Source: an uncultured Paludibacter sp.
Lineage (GTDB): Bacteria > Bacteroidota > Bacteroidia > Bacteroidales > Paludibacteraceae
DNA: 64,000 nt
Assembly (NCBI GenBank): GCA_963664445.2
Contig: CAXXUM010000002.1
Location: 21,305 to 85,304 of the forward strand
Reading direction: 5' to 3'
Each line of letters starts with the position of its first letter. The first letter of the stretch is position 1. The translations under genes and the position numbers were made by a program. This document shows positions 46,703-56,920 of this stretch, one piece after another. Under the pieces are notes generated by a model. It saw only the letters and a program-made list of their open reading frames with translations. It was not told the origin of the DNA and ran no database searches.

Positions 46703-49507
46703 TTAAGCGTTCAACTCCATTTTTAGAAATTTTCCGGTTTCACTCTTTTTGTTCTTAGCAACTTCTTGAGGAGTTCCCGTACAAATGACATAGCCACCTG
46801 CACTTCCTCCTTCGGGCCCAATGTCAATGATATGATCGGCAACTTTGATAACATCCATATTATGTTCAATGATAATCACTGAGTTGCCTTTGTCTACCAG
46901 TCTGTTTAATACGCCTAACAACACTCTGATATCTTCAAAATGCAGTCCGGTAGTGGGTTCATCTAAAATATACAAGGTTTTGCCGGTATCTCGTTTTGAG
47001 AGTTCAGTAGCTAATTTTACACGTTGGCTTTCACCGCCCGACAGCGTTGTACTCGACTGTCCGAGTTTGATATATCCCAATCCAACGTCTTGCAAGGTCT
47101 TTATTTTATTGAGAATTGACGGTTGATTTTCGAAGAATTCCACAGCTTGATTGATGGTCATTGCCAACACATCGGCTATTGATTTTCCTTTGAAACGTAC
47201 CTCCAGAGTCTCTTTGTTGTACCGTTTGCCATCGCAACTCTCGCAAGGCACGTAAACATCCGGCAAAAAATTCATTTCTATGGTTTTATATCCATTTCCA
47301 CCACATGCTTCGCAGCGACCTCCCGCTGTGTTGAACGAAAAACGCCCGGGTTTGTAGCCACGTATTTTTGCCTCAGGTAAAGTTACAAATACGTTGCGGA
47401 TATCCGAAAAAACACCAGTGTAAGTAGCCGGGTTGGATCGTGGTGTACGTCCGATAGGCGACTGATCCACTTCCACCACTTTGTCGATATTATCTATTCC
47501 GTCAAAACTTTTGTATTCCAATGGGTCTTGCAGCGAACGATAAAAATACTGGCTCAGTATGGGTTGAAGAGTTTCATTGATCAAAGTCGATTTTCCACTT
47601 CCCGAAACACCGGTCACACAAACCATTTTTCCTAGTGGAAAAGTAACATTTATATTTTTTAGATTGTTCCCTTTAGCACCTTTTATGGTCAGACTCAAAC
47701 CGTTTCCGGGACGAACTTTATCCGGAATTTCAATGGTTTTTGTTCCATTCAAATAGGCCGAAGTCAGTGTGTCAGCCTTTAGCATCTCTTGTGGCGTTCC
47801 TGCAAACACTACCTCACCACCATGTCGTCCGGCATGAGGGCCAAGGTCAACCACATAATCGGCAGCCATCATCATGTCTTTATCGTGTTCAACCACTATC
47901 ACCGAGTTACCCGTATCACGCAGTTGCTTCAGCGAGCGAATCAAACGTTGATTGTCGCGCTGATGCAGTCCGATACTTGGCTCATCGAGAATGTAGAGCA
48001 CGTTAACCAGTTGCGAGCCGATTTGAGTAGCCAACCGGATACGCTGACTTTCACCACCCGAAAGTGACTGAGAACTGCGATTCAATGACAGATAGGTCAA
48101 TCCGACATCAAGCAGGAACTGCAATCGGGTGCGAATCTCTTTCAAAATTTCAACCGCAATCGCTTTTTGTTTCTCCGATAAAAACTGCTCTACATTTTCC
48201 AACCATTTCGACAATTCGACAATGTCCATAGCCGACAATTCGGCTATATTTTTGTCGTGCATGCGGAAATGCAAAGATTCTTTGCGAAGTTTAGCACCCT
48301 TGCATTCGGGACAGGCAATTGATTTAGAGTATTGATTGGCCCATTTCTGCTCGGTAGCCGATGCGCCTGTATCGGCCTGCATTTCGATGTATTTCAGAAT
48401 GCCATCGTAATTCAAAAAGTAATTGGTACCCAGCGAATGATTTTTTATTTGTAATCGTTCATCGGTACCATTCATTATTTCATCTATCGCTTCGTCGGGA
48501 ATGTCGGCTATGGGCGATTTGAGTGTGCATTCATATTTTTCAAGAATGGCTTCAATTTGCCAAAAAATAGTACTGCTTTTATGTTTTCCAAGGGGTGCAA
48601 TACCTCCCTGATAGATACTGAGTTTTTTGTCCGGAACAATCTTGTCCATGTCAATCTCGTTCACAAATCCAAGTCCCTTACAACGTGGACAGGCACCGTG
48701 AGGCGAGTTGAACGAAAAATTGTGAGGAGCTGGTTCGTCGTACGAAATACCACTGGTAGGGCACATCAACATTTTACTGAAGAAACGCGCTTTATCCGTG
48801 TCTTTTTCCAACAGCATAACAATGCCATTTCCTTGTTGCATGGCTTTTTGCATCGATTCCTTGAGACGCTTGCGGTCTTTTTCGCTCACTTCCAGTTTGT
48901 CAATAACCACTTCGATATCATGGTTTTTATATCGGTCGAGTTTTAGGCCGTGCGTCGCTTCTCGTATTTCACCATCAATACGCACGTGCAAATATCCTTT
49001 TTTGCGTACCTGCTCAAATAATTCTTTGTAATGCCCTTTCCGACCGCGAACCAATGGCGCCAGTAAATACGTTTTTTTGCCTTCATAATCTTGTAAGATT
49101 AAATCAACAATTTGATCTTCGGAATATTTTACCATTTTCTCGCCGGTAACGTAGGAGTATGCTTCGCCGGCCCGGGCATAAAGCAACCGTAAAAAATCGT
49201 AAATCTCAGTTGTTGTTCCAACAGTTGAGCGTGGATTTTTGTTAGTGGTTTTTTGCTCGATGGAGATGACAGGGCTTAAGCCGGTAATTTTGTCGACGTC
49301 AGGTCGCTCCATAGTTCCTAAAAAACTACGTGCGTAGGCCGAAAACGTTTCAATATAACGGCGTTGTCCTTCTGCAAAAATGGTATCGAAAGCCAATGAC
49401 GATTTACCACTGCCACTCAAACCGGTAATTACGGTCAAAGCATCACGTGGAATAGAAACGTCAATGTTTTTTAAGTTGTGAACCCGAGCTCCGATAACTT
49501 CTACCAT
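46703..49507 (-). CDS. uvrA: Excinuclease ABC subunit A
   Basis: Two ABC modules (GLSGSGKSSLAFDT and GVSGSGKSTLINE) plus CxxC zinc modules. The ORF-track start at 49594 overlaps a TATCTTTG -7 box (49584-49591), so ATG 49507 (MVEVIGARVHNLKNI) or a nearby alternative start is more likely. Confidence 0.9.
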   Translation of the reverse strand: MVEVIGARVHNLKNIDVSIPRDALTVITGLSGSGKSSLAFDTIFAEGQRRYIETFSAYARSFLGTMERPDVDKITGLSPVISIEQKTTNKNPRSTVGTTTEIYDFLRLLYARAGEAYSYVTGEKMVKYSEDQIVDLILQDYEGKKTYLLAPLVRGRKGHYKELFEQVRKKGYLHVRIDGEIREATHGLKLDRYKNHDIEVVIDKLEVSEKDRKRLKESMQKAMQQGNGIVMLLEKDTDKARFFSKMLMCPTSGISYDEPAPHNFSFNSPHGACPRCKGLGFVNEIDMDKIVPDKKLSIYQGGIAPLGKHKSSTIFWQIEAILEKYECTLKSPIADIPDEAIDEIMNGTDERLQIKNHSLGTNYFLNYDGILKYIEMQADTGASATEQKWANQYSKSIACPECKGAKLRKESLHFRMHDKNIAELSAMDIVELSKWLENVEQFLSEKQKAIAVEILKEIRTRLQFLLDVGLTYLSLNRSSQSLSGGESQRIRLATQIGSQLVNVLYILDEPSIGLHQRDNQRLIRSLKQLRDTGNSVIVVEHDKDMMMAADYVVDLGPHAGRHGGEVVFAGTPQEMLKADTLTSAYLNGTKTIEIPDKVRPGNGLSLTIKGAKGNNLKNINVTFPLGKMVCVTGVSGSGKSTLINETLQPILSQYFYRSLQDPLEYKSFDGIDNIDKVVEVDQSPIGRTPRSNPATYTGVFSDIRNVFVTLPEAKIRGYKPGRFSFNTAGGRCEACGGNGYKTIEMNFLPDVYVPCESCDGKRYNKETLEVRFKGKSIADVLAMTINQAVEFFENQPSILNKIKTLQDVGLGYIKLGQSSTTLSGGESQRVKLATELSKRDTGKTLYILDEPTTGLHFEDIRVLLGVLNRLVDKGNSVIIIEHNMDVIKVADHIIDIGPEGGSAGGYVICTGTPQEVAKNKKSETGKFLKMELNA

Positions 49508-49583
49508 TTCTGATGTTTCGGGTGGGTGTATGTTGTTATTTTTAGTCAAAGCTGATAAGTCTGATTCGTAATTAATGAACTCG

Positions 49584-49591
49584 CAAAGATA
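49584..49591 (-). promoter_or_regulatory. -7 box (TATCTTTG) for uvrA
   Basis: Lies inside the 5' end of the ORF-track uvrA ORF, which argues for a downstream start. Confidence 0.5.
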
Positions 49592-49684
49592 CAAAAATGA
49601 ACCAGTGAAACAACATAAAGCCTTCTAAAAAAATCTTTACTGAATAAAATTGCATTTTTTTTGTGATGTTATTATGTAAATCTT

Positions 49685-49692
49685 TATCTTTG
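49685..49692 (+). promoter_or_regulatory. -7 box (TATCTTTG) for the aminopeptidase P gene
   Basis: 33 nt upstream of ATG 49725. Confidence 0.55.
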
Positions 49693-49724
49693 CGTATCAA
49701 AATTATTCTCTTTTTTAATATATA

Positions 49725-51518
49725 ATGGAAAAAATACTGAAACATCTCTCAAGTTTGCGTGAAGCCATGATTCAACATGGTGTCTCGGCCTGCATAATCC
49801 CTGGTACTGACCCGCATGCAAGTGAATATATAGCTGATTATTGGAAAGAACGTGAATGGATATCGGGTTTCGACGGTTCTGCCGGAACGGCGGTTGTAAC
49901 ACTTACTGCAGCGGGGTTGTGGACAGATTCCCGTTATTTTCTTCATGCAGCCGAACAACTCGAAGGTACCGGCATAGAACTAATGAAGCAGGGTTTACCG
50001 GAAACATTGGAGATTTTGCCCTGGTTGGCAACCCAACTGAAAGCGGGCGAAAAAGTAGGGGTGAACCCTCAGGTGTTTTCGTTGAATAGTTATGCTTCAA
50101 TGAAAAATGAGTTGAAAATGAATGGGTTGGAGCTGCTGTCTGTCGATTTGCCCGGTGAAGTTTGGACTGATCGACCTTCAATACCGTTGAATCCATTCTA
50201 CGCATTTAATGTAAAATATGCCGGAAAATCAACTGTTGACAAGCTAGCTTTGGTGCGCGCCGAACTTAAAAAAGCGTATGCTGATGTATTTGTTATGTCG
50301 GCTCTGGATGATATTGCATGGCTGTTTAATATTCGGGGAAATGATGTTGATTATAATCCGGTAGTAATATCGTATGCTTTGATTGAAAACGACAAGGCAA
50401 CCTTATTTATAGCTCCTGAGAAGTTGACCCCCGAAACAAGCTCTTATTTCAAAAATGAAGGAGTTGTCGTTGAAAGTTACGAAGCAATTTATGGTCGTTT
50501 AAAACAACTTAAGCCTTCGGAATCTGTGCTTGTTGATGGTTCAAAATTAAATCAGGCTTTGTATGAGTCTATTCCTTCTACTTGTGTTATTCGTAATGCT
50601 ATGTCGCCTGTTTTTAAATTGAAAAGTATTAAAAATGAGGTTGAAATGGCTGGTATTCGTTCAGCAATGGTGAAAGATGGCGTGGCATTAACTCGTTTTT
50701 TCATGTGGTTGGAAGCTAACTTGGAAAGTGGAAAATTGACTGAAATCTCTATTTCTGAAAAATTGTGCGAATTCCGTAGTGAACAAGAAAATTTCATGGG
50801 CGAAAGCTTTGGAACTATAGCAGGATATGATGCTCATGGTGCAATCGTGCATTATAGCGCACAACCTGAAACAGAATCGACCCTTAAAGCCGAGAGCATT
50901 TTACTTCTTGACTCCGGAGGACAGTATTTAGATGGAACTACAGATATAACACGCACTGTTACACTTGGGAAAGCAACAAGTCAGCAGCAAATTGATTTTA
51001 CACTTGTTTTGAAAGGGCATATTGCTTTAGCAACAGCGATGTTTCCGGCAGGTACTCGCGGTTCTCAACTCGATATTCTCGCACGTAAAGCATTGTGGGA
51101 TTTGGGTTTGAATTATGGACACGGAACTGGACATGGTGTAGGTCATTTCTTAAATGTACATGAAGGACCTCAGAGTATTCGTGCAGAAGAGAATCCTGTT
51201 GTGCTGCAAGCCGGTATGTTTATGTCGAATGAGCCAGGTTTATATCGTACGAATGAATATGGCATTAGAATAGAAAATTTAGTGCATGTAGTGCCTGCTC
51301 AAAAAACTGAGTTTGGGCAATTTCTTCAGTTCGAGACAGTGACTCTTTTTCCAATCGACAGAGAATTGATTGATATTACTTTACTTAATGAAGACGAGGA
51401 AATATGGATTGATGAATATCACGCTGAGGTTGTTCGAAAGCTCTCACCAAGTCTGAGTGATGAAGAAGTTATTTGGCTTGAAAATAAATGTAGACCAATA
51501 TTTGATCTGGTATTCTAA
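49725..51518 (+). CDS. Xaa-Pro aminopeptidase (M24B, aminopeptidase P family)
   Basis: 597 aa with creatinase-like N-domains and M24 metal-ligand blocks DITRT, HGTGHGVG, SNEPG and IRIEN. Confidence 0.85.
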   Translation: MEKILKHLSSLREAMIQHGVSACIIPGTDPHASEYIADYWKEREWISGFDGSAGTAVVTLTAAGLWTDSRYFLHAAEQLEGTGIELMKQGLPETLEILPWLATQLKAGEKVGVNPQVFSLNSYASMKNELKMNGLELLSVDLPGEVWTDRPSIPLNPFYAFNVKYAGKSTVDKLALVRAELKKAYADVFVMSALDDIAWLFNIRGNDVDYNPVVISYALIENDKATLFIAPEKLTPETSSYFKNEGVVVESYEAIYGRLKQLKPSESVLVDGSKLNQALYESIPSTCVIRNAMSPVFKLKSIKNEVEMAGIRSAMVKDGVALTRFFMWLEANLESGKLTEISISEKLCEFRSEQENFMGESFGTIAGYDAHGAIVHYSAQPETESTLKAESILLLDSGGQYLDGTTDITRTVTLGKATSQQQIDFTLVLKGHIALATAMFPAGTRGSQLDILARKALWDLGLNYGHGTGHGVGHFLNVHEGPQSIRAEENPVVLQAGMFMSNEPGLYRTNEYGIRIENLVHVVPAQKTEFGQFLQFETVTLFPIDRELIDITLLNEDEEIWIDEYHAEVVRKLSPSLSDEEVIWLENKCRPIFDLVF

Positions 51519-51532
51519 TTTATAATACAAAG

Positions 51533-51570
51533 AAACTTTTCTTGAGTAGAAACTCATGGAAAGTTTTTTT
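51533..51570 (+). terminator. Terminator after the aminopeptidase P gene
   Basis: GAAACTTTTC ... GGAAAGTTT stem followed by a T7 run. Confidence 0.55.
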
Positions 51571-51585
51571 TATAAATAAAACAGC

Positions 51586-52482
51586 ATGAAGTTTAATATA
51601 AACGACACTATTCTTGGAAAAACAGCTTCCACGCCGGAGCATTACGATGCACAACTCTTGTTTCGTATTCCACGATCCGAAAATAGAGAGCAATACGGTA
51701 TTTCGGATGCAAATCTACCTTTTGTAGGCTTTGATGTGTGGAATTGCTACGAACTTTCGTTTCTAACTGACAATGGCTTACCGGTTTCTCGGGTGATGAA
51801 GTTGATCTATCCGGCTGATAGTAGATATTTAGTGGAATCGAAATCGCTGAAGCTTTACCTCAATGCTTTCAATATGGATAGTTTTGGACAGACGATTGCC
51901 CAAGCCGAGAAAAAGGTGGCGGAGATTATCGCTAAAGACTTAAGCGCCTTGTTGGAAATCGAAGTACACGTTACATTGTTTGGTGTTGATGTACCCGTTC
52001 AACAGGCATTTCCTCAGTTGCAAAAAAGGCATCTTTCCGATTTGGTGCCGGCTGAGATGCAAGAATCTATTCAATTTAAACGTTTTACCGAGTCGCCAGA
52101 GTTGCTTCGAAGCATAGAAACTGATACTTCACATTCATATGCGTTTTGTTCCGATTTACTGCGTTCCAATTGCCGGGTTACCAATCAGCCCGACTGGGGT
52201 GATTTGTTTGTAGAAATGACTACCAAACACGAAATAGAGCTTGGTTCAGTCATGGAATATCTCGTTTCTTTCCGCAAAGAGAACCATTTTCATGAGGAAG
52301 TGGTAGAAATGATTTATAAACGTTTCTCAGATGTTTTTAATCCCGAGAAACTGATGGTTGCTGCCATGTATACCCGCCGTGGTGGAATTGACATTAACCC
52401 GATACGAGCCTCGCATTTAGAATTGCTTGATACTGTGTTGTTAAGCCCGGAAGTGAGAGTGGATAAGACATTGAGGCAATAA
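51586..52482 (+). CDS. queF: NADPH-dependent 7-cyano-7-deazaguanine (preQ0) reductase, bimodular type
   Basis: QueF motif ESKSLKLYLNAF and the catalytic-Cys region LRSNCRVTNQPDWG. The size fits the two-domain subfamily. Confidence 0.85.
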   Translation: MKFNINDTILGKTASTPEHYDAQLLFRIPRSENREQYGISDANLPFVGFDVWNCYELSFLTDNGLPVSRVMKLIYPADSRYLVESKSLKLYLNAFNMDSFGQTIAQAEKKVAEIIAKDLSALLEIEVHVTLFGVDVPVQQAFPQLQKRHLSDLVPAEMQESIQFKRFTESPELLRSIETDTSHSYAFCSDLLRSNCRVTNQPDWGDLFVEMTTKHEIELGSVMEYLVSFRKENHFHEEVVEMIYKRFSDVFNPEKLMVAAMYTRRGGIDINPIRASHLELLDTVLLSPEVRVDKTLRQ

Positions 52483-52587
52483 TCGAATTCGGCTGGGTTT
52501 GAAATTCGTGGACTGAACGTAAATAGAAAATTACGATATTTACATTGAAAAAATGCCTTCAACGCTTGTGGATACGAAAAAAGATAG

Positions 52588-52595
52588 TATCTTTG
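52588..52595 (+). promoter_or_regulatory. -7 box (TATCTTTG) for tRNA-Leu
   Basis: 20 nt upstream of the tRNA 5' end. Confidence 0.55.
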
Positions 52596-52614
52596 CACTC
52601 GAATTACACAGCAT

Positions 52615-52696
52615 GCGGCTGTGGCGTAATTGGTAGCCGCGCCAGACTTAGGATCTGGTGCCGAGAGGCGTGGGGGTTCGAGTCCCTTCAGCCGCA
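52615..52696 (+). tRNA. tRNA-Leu (anticodon TAG)
   Basis: Acceptor stem GCGGCTG/CAGCCGC, anticodon stem CCAGA/TCTGG with loop CTTAGGA, a long variable arm (TGCCGAGAGGCGT) and T-loop TTCGAGT. A TATCTTTG box lies 20 nt upstream and a hairpin with a T-run lies downstream. Confidence 0.85.
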
Positions 52697-52698
52697 CT

Positions 52699-52735
52699 GA
52701 AAATCCCGATAATCTAACGATTGTCGGGATTTTTT
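52699..52735 (+). terminator. Terminator after tRNA-Leu
   Basis: AAAATCCCGA(T/C)AA stem: AATCCCGAT...TTGTCGGGATT followed by TTTT. Confidence 0.75.
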
Positions 52736-52789
52736 CAATACAACACTTTGTAGGAAACACACGATTTATAACTTTTAAATTAATTCTTT

Positions 52790-53098
52790 ATGGAACTTCA
52801 AGACAATCAATTAAACATTGAACTATCGGAAGAAATAGCCGAAGGTATTTATTCTAATCTGGCCATAATATCGCATTCTACATCTGAGTTTGTAGTCGAT
52901 TTTATTCGCATTATGCCGGGTACTCCCAAAGCCAATGTGAAATCGCGGATTATCTTAACGCCCGAACATGCAAAACGCTTGCTTTTTGCATTGCAGGAAA
53001 ATATTACTAAGTTCGAAAAGCAAAATGGAAAGATTAAAATAGCTGACAATGGTTTTCTTCCTCCGGTGCCAATGGGTTTTGGTGGAGGTGAAGCTTGA
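52790..53098 (+). CDS. DUF3467 family protein
   Basis: 102 aa starting MELQDNQLNIELSEEIAEGIYSNLAIISHSTSEFVVDFI, which matches the conserved DUF3467 N-terminus as I recall it. Confidence 0.6.
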   Translation: MELQDNQLNIELSEEIAEGIYSNLAIISHSTSEFVVDFIRIMPGTPKANVKSRIILTPEHAKRLLFALQENITKFEKQNGKIKIADNGFLPPVPMGFGGGEA

Positions 53099-53120
53099 TG
53101 AATAGTCAATGATATAATGA

Positions 53121-53161
53121 AGAAGGCCGGTTTGTATACACAAACCGGCCTTCTTTTTTTA
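53121..53161 (+). terminator. Terminator after the DUF3467 gene
   Basis: GAAGGCCGGTTTGT ataca CAAACCGGCCTTC followed by a T8 run. Confidence 0.8.
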
Positions 53162-53177
53162 TAATATTGAGATTTAC

Positions 53178-54146
53178 TTAGGATTTGATTGCTTTCGACA
53201 ATTCATATTCTATTTCTTTGAGTATCTCTGTTTGTTGTTGTAGGGTTTTGTTCCCACTGTTTTTTGAAATTGACTCAATAACTGGTCGAATTGACTCAAG
53301 CAATCCCTGAATGTTATGTAAAATCTCATTCTCGTCTACTTCAGGAGCACTTGATACCGCTGGCTGGAATTCCACATGCTTGTAGTTCGTTTCGAGCTTT
53401 TCGGCCATGTCATTGATTGCTTCTGATAATTCCTTGAACTCATCGTTTGTAGATATTCTTATTCTACTGCTAAAATTATTATCAGCAATTTCCTTGACGT
53501 TTTCTGTAATTTGTTTAATCGGTCCGGCAATATAGTTGGGGAAATTAAACAGAAACGAAGCAGTTATCAGCAAGCAAAATGTAAGTAGAATAGATAGCGT
53601 TTTGTAGATGTGACTCACCATTTCGCTCAATTTCTCATTTTTCTGAACAATAGAATGCATGTTAAGCGTTGAAACCGAGAACATCTGTGCTTTTAGATCA
53701 TTGACAAGTGGCAAAATATTGAAAGTGTAAAAATTCACCTTTTCGGATTCGGGTATAGAATTTATATTTTGTCCTAAAACTAATGATTTGTATCTGGTAT
53801 ACTTCTCCTTGATGGATTGTACCAATTCTCTTTCGCCTAATTCGGTAATGTTTTTCTCTTCCAGCTGAAGATTTTTTTCAAATTTATCGAAAGAACCGGC
53901 CACCAATTCTTTGTCGTATTGATAGTGTTTGTTTAAAAACAATGAGTTGACAATAGTGTTGGTTTCATCAAGCGATTGAATCATATTCTCTGAATACTCA
54001 ACCGATCGGTAATTGTTCTTGATCATTAGTTCCGAACCGTATTTCAGGGTGGAGACATAATACATACTCAAGAATCCAATGATAACAAATTCCACAAAAA
54101 CAAAGAGAATCCCAAGAAGAACTTTTGTTCTGATTTTTAGTTTCAT
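53178..54146 (-). CDS. Membrane sensor-like protein: periplasmic four-helix-bundle-like region, TM, HAMP domain, short coiled tail; no output domain
   Basis: Two TM helices. HAMP signature GPIKQITENVKEIADNNFSSRIRISTNDEFKELSEAINDMAEKLE. The protein ends about 70 aa after HAMP. Confidence 0.6.
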   Translation of the reverse strand: MKLKIRTKVLLGILFVFVEFVIIGFLSMYYVSTLKYGSELMIKNNYRSVEYSENMIQSLDETNTIVNSLFLNKHYQYDKELVAGSFDKFEKNLQLEEKNITELGERELVQSIKEKYTRYKSLVLGQNINSIPESEKVNFYTFNILPLVNDLKAQMFSVSTLNMHSIVQKNEKLSEMVSHIYKTLSILLTFCLLITASFLFNFPNYIAGPIKQITENVKEIADNNFSSRIRISTNDEFKELSEAINDMAEKLETNYKHVEFQPAVSSAPEVDENEILHNIQGLLESIRPVIESISKNSGNKTLQQQTEILKEIEYELSKAIKS

Positions 54147-54157
54147 GATGTTGATTT

Positions 54158-56149
54158 TTAGCTGAGTTTTATAATTGAATTATTGTTAATTCTCTGTAAA
54201 TCGATATTGTTTACCGGATGATAGATAAGTGGAATATGCTCTACTTCAACATCGTTTTTATCCAACCCAAATGCTTGAATATCCCTTAGTCCCATGTGTT
54301 TTAAATAGACATATCCTTTGAGCAACATTCCTTCGCGCAGACCAAATTCATTTTCGACCGATAGGAATTTTTCGATAACCACAAATTTGAAATCCGGCTC
54401 ATTATTATACTTGCAGGCCGCATCTGTTCTGGTATGTAAATTCAATTCTTTGTTGGCTATAAGTTCCTGAACTATTTTTTTGAAATACAATTCAGTACGT
54501 GGTTGTACCCTGAATCCAACATTAATGTCAATTTTAATCAATTTATCTTCTATTAGTTCCGATACAGAATAATCTAAAGTGTAAGGGTGCTCAGTGCGAT
54601 TAATGTGTACAAACCAGTATACATCAGCGCGTTTTGGTTTTTTAGCAAAAATTGAATTAAAGATTTTCTCTTCAATTTCGTGACGTTTGTTTGCTTTAGT
54701 AAGATAAATTAAATGTGTTGAGAATTTCGGAATTGAGGTGTCGTCGCTTAACTCTTTAAGCTTGCTACTGAACTGTCCGATTTCAACGAATTTAGTGAAA
54801 CTATTGGATATTCTACGGGCGTTAAACCAGATATACATAACCAAAAATATAAATAATTCGAAGAACAAGAACATCCAACGTTCTTTAATTTTGGCCACGT
54901 TGGCTATAAAAAATGCAATCTCTATAGTACTAAATACCATTAGAATGGAGACAATGTAGATTTTTTTCCATTGTAATTTAAATATCAGGAAGTAGCTCAA
55001 AAGAACTGTTGTCATTAACATGGTGATAGAGATGGAAAATCCATAGGCTGCCTCCATGTGTGCACTTTCTTTGAAATATAAAATCATTAATATACAACCA
55101 AACCAAAGTATGGTGTTTACGCTTGGGATATATATCTGACCTTTGCTCTCCGTTGGTTGTCGTACGGTGATACGTGGCCAGAAGTTTAAGTTCATAGCCT
55201 CGCTTATCAGTGTGTAACTTCCACTAATTAACGCTTGAGAAGCGATAATTGTTGCTACAGTAGCAATTAAAATACTTGGCAATAGGAACCAGTGAGGAAT
55301 GATTTCGAAAAATGGATTACGACCGTTCAAAAATGGTTGTCCGAGATGCATTAACCAGGCTGCCTGACCAAGGTAGCAGGTCACCAAACTTATTTTTACA
55401 AAGACCCATGTGATTCTGATATTGCGAATTCCGCAGTGTCCAAGGTCTGAGTATAAAGCCTCGGCACCAGTTGTACATAGAAAGACGGCACCCAATAACC
55501 AAAAACCGTTCGGATAATTGACCAGTAAATTATACCCATAATATGGGTTTAGTGCTTTTAGTACATCCGGATGAACTGCGATTTGATGAATTCCAAAAAC
55601 CAAAAGCATGGTAAACCAAATAGCCATCATTGGTCCGAAAAATTTTCCAATTATTTCTGTTCCAAATCGTTGAACGAAAAATAAAATAGAAAGTATCGCT
55701 ATTACAATACCAATAGTTAGTCCATTTCCAGGTACTATGACGTTTTCTAAACCGTGAACCAAATTTAAACCTTCGATGGCCGAAGCAACAGAAATAGGAG
55801 GGGTGATAATACCGTCGGCCAATAGAGTTGTGGCACCCAATATGGCTACCATTACGAGTTTTTTGTTGTATTTTCCAACCAATGCATACAGTGAGAAAAT
55901 ACCACCTTCACCCTGGTTGTCGGCTCGGAGCGTAAGCCAAATGTACTTGATTGTTGTCTGGAATACCAGTGTCCAAAAAATACAGGATACACCTCCGTAA
56001 ACTAAATCCATATCAATCAATCTGTGTCCGATTACTGCTCTCAAAGCATACAGCGGACTTGTTCCAATATCGCCATAGATTATGCCTAGAGCAACTAATA
56101 ATGAGGCGGCTGTAACTTTACTTTTTATACCACTTTTTGTTTTTTCCAT
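54158..56149 (-). CDS. kup: KUP/HAK/KT family potassium uptake protein
   Basis: 663 aa with the KUP signature YGDIGTSPLYAL near the N-terminus, 12 or so TM helices and a cytoplasmic C-domain. Confidence 0.9.
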   Translation of the reverse strand: MEKTKSGIKSKVTAASLLVALGIIYGDIGTSPLYALRAVIGHRLIDMDLVYGGVSCIFWTLVFQTTIKYIWLTLRADNQGEGGIFSLYALVGKYNKKLVMVAILGATTLLADGIITPPISVASAIEGLNLVHGLENVIVPGNGLTIGIVIAILSILFFVQRFGTEIIGKFFGPMMAIWFTMLLVFGIHQIAVHPDVLKALNPYYGYNLLVNYPNGFWLLGAVFLCTTGAEALYSDLGHCGIRNIRITWVFVKISLVTCYLGQAAWLMHLGQPFLNGRNPFFEIIPHWFLLPSILIATVATIIASQALISGSYTLISEAMNLNFWPRITVRQPTESKGQIYIPSVNTILWFGCILMILYFKESAHMEAAYGFSISITMLMTTVLLSYFLIFKLQWKKIYIVSILMVFSTIEIAFFIANVAKIKERWMFLFFELFIFLVMYIWFNARRISNSFTKFVEIGQFSSKLKELSDDTSIPKFSTHLIYLTKANKRHEIEEKIFNSIFAKKPKRADVYWFVHINRTEHPYTLDYSVSELIEDKLIKIDINVGFRVQPRTELYFKKIVQELIANKELNLHTRTDAACKYNNEPDFKFVVIEKFLSVENEFGLREGMLLKGYVYLKHMGLRDIQAFGLDKNDVEVEHIPLIYHPVNNIDLQRINNNSIIKLS

Positions 56150-56242
56150 TTTTGCTATATTTTATGCGGCAAAAGTAGCCACAAGGATATTGGCAAAAAG
56201 TAAAATAATTGGTGAGTTATATAAAGATTTTATAAAGATTGA

Positions 56243-56920
56243 TCAGGTAAAACGATATCCGACACCATTTTCGGTAATGATATGCTTTGGTTGATTGGGT
56301 ATTAGCTCTATTTTTTTTCGGAGTGTGCCTATAAATACACGTAAATATTGTGTCTCGGTTTGATAGTTAAAACCCCATATTTCGCGCAAAATAAATTGAT
56401 GCGTCAATACACGTCCTTCGTTTTTAGCAAACAAAGCCATTAAGTTGTATTCTGTGGAAGTCAGTTTGACGATTTCATCGTTTTGTTTTACGATTCTGGC
56501 TACCAGGTCAATTTGCAATTCACCACAGGTAATCAGGTTGTTGTTTTCTTCTGACATATGCCTGCGTATCGATGAGCGAATGCGTGCAAGTAGTTCGCCG
56601 GTGCGGAATGGTTTGGTCAGATAATCGGTAGCACCATTGTCCAGTGCTGTAATAATATCATTTTCGGTATTTTGCACCGAAAGGATAATGATCGATTTAT
56701 TGTACCACGTTCTGAGTTCCTTCAATACCTCGTGTCCGCTTTTGTCGGGCAATCCAAGGTCGAGAAGAATCAGTTCGGGCGTATGATTGGCGGCCATTAA
56801 AATACCTTCCTTGCCTGTGGCAGCTTGCCATACTCTGTAGTCGTTACTCTCGAGAGTAATTTCCAGTAGTTTGCGTATTTGTGGCTCGTCGTCGATAATT
56901 AAAATTTCAGCGTTATTCAT
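56243..56920 (-). CDS. OmpR-family response regulator, KdpE-like
   Basis: Receiver domain (ILIIDDE, LLDLGLPD, KPF) and a winged-helix output domain. The block SVQNTENDIITALDNGATDYLTKPF closely parallels E. coli KdpE. Confidence 0.8.
   Translation of the reverse strand: MNNAEILIIDDEPQIRKLLEITLESNDYRVWQAATGKEGILMAANHTPELILLDLGLPDKSGHEVLKELRTWYNKSIIILSVQNTENDIITALDNGATDYLTKPFRTGELLARIRSSIRRHMSEENNNLITCGELQIDLVARIVKQNDEIVKLTSTEYNLMALFAKNEGRVLTHQFILREIWGFNYQTETQYLRVFIGTLRKKIELIPNQPKHIITENGVGYRFT

Noticed and set aside
51519-51585. Looked for riboswitches: preQ1 upstream of queF, glycine upstream of gcvP (13394-13430), and cobalamin/TPP-type leaders upstream of the TonB-dependent receptors
   Set aside because: The leaders are only about 25-65 nt, or are occupied by a terminator of the preceding gene. 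That is too short for the known aptamers, and no conserved aptamer cores were recognised.
52314-52760. 148-aa minus-strand ORF spanning the queF 3' end and the tRNA-Leu gene
   Set aside because: It overlaps a well-formed tRNA and its terminator, so it is a spurious ORF.
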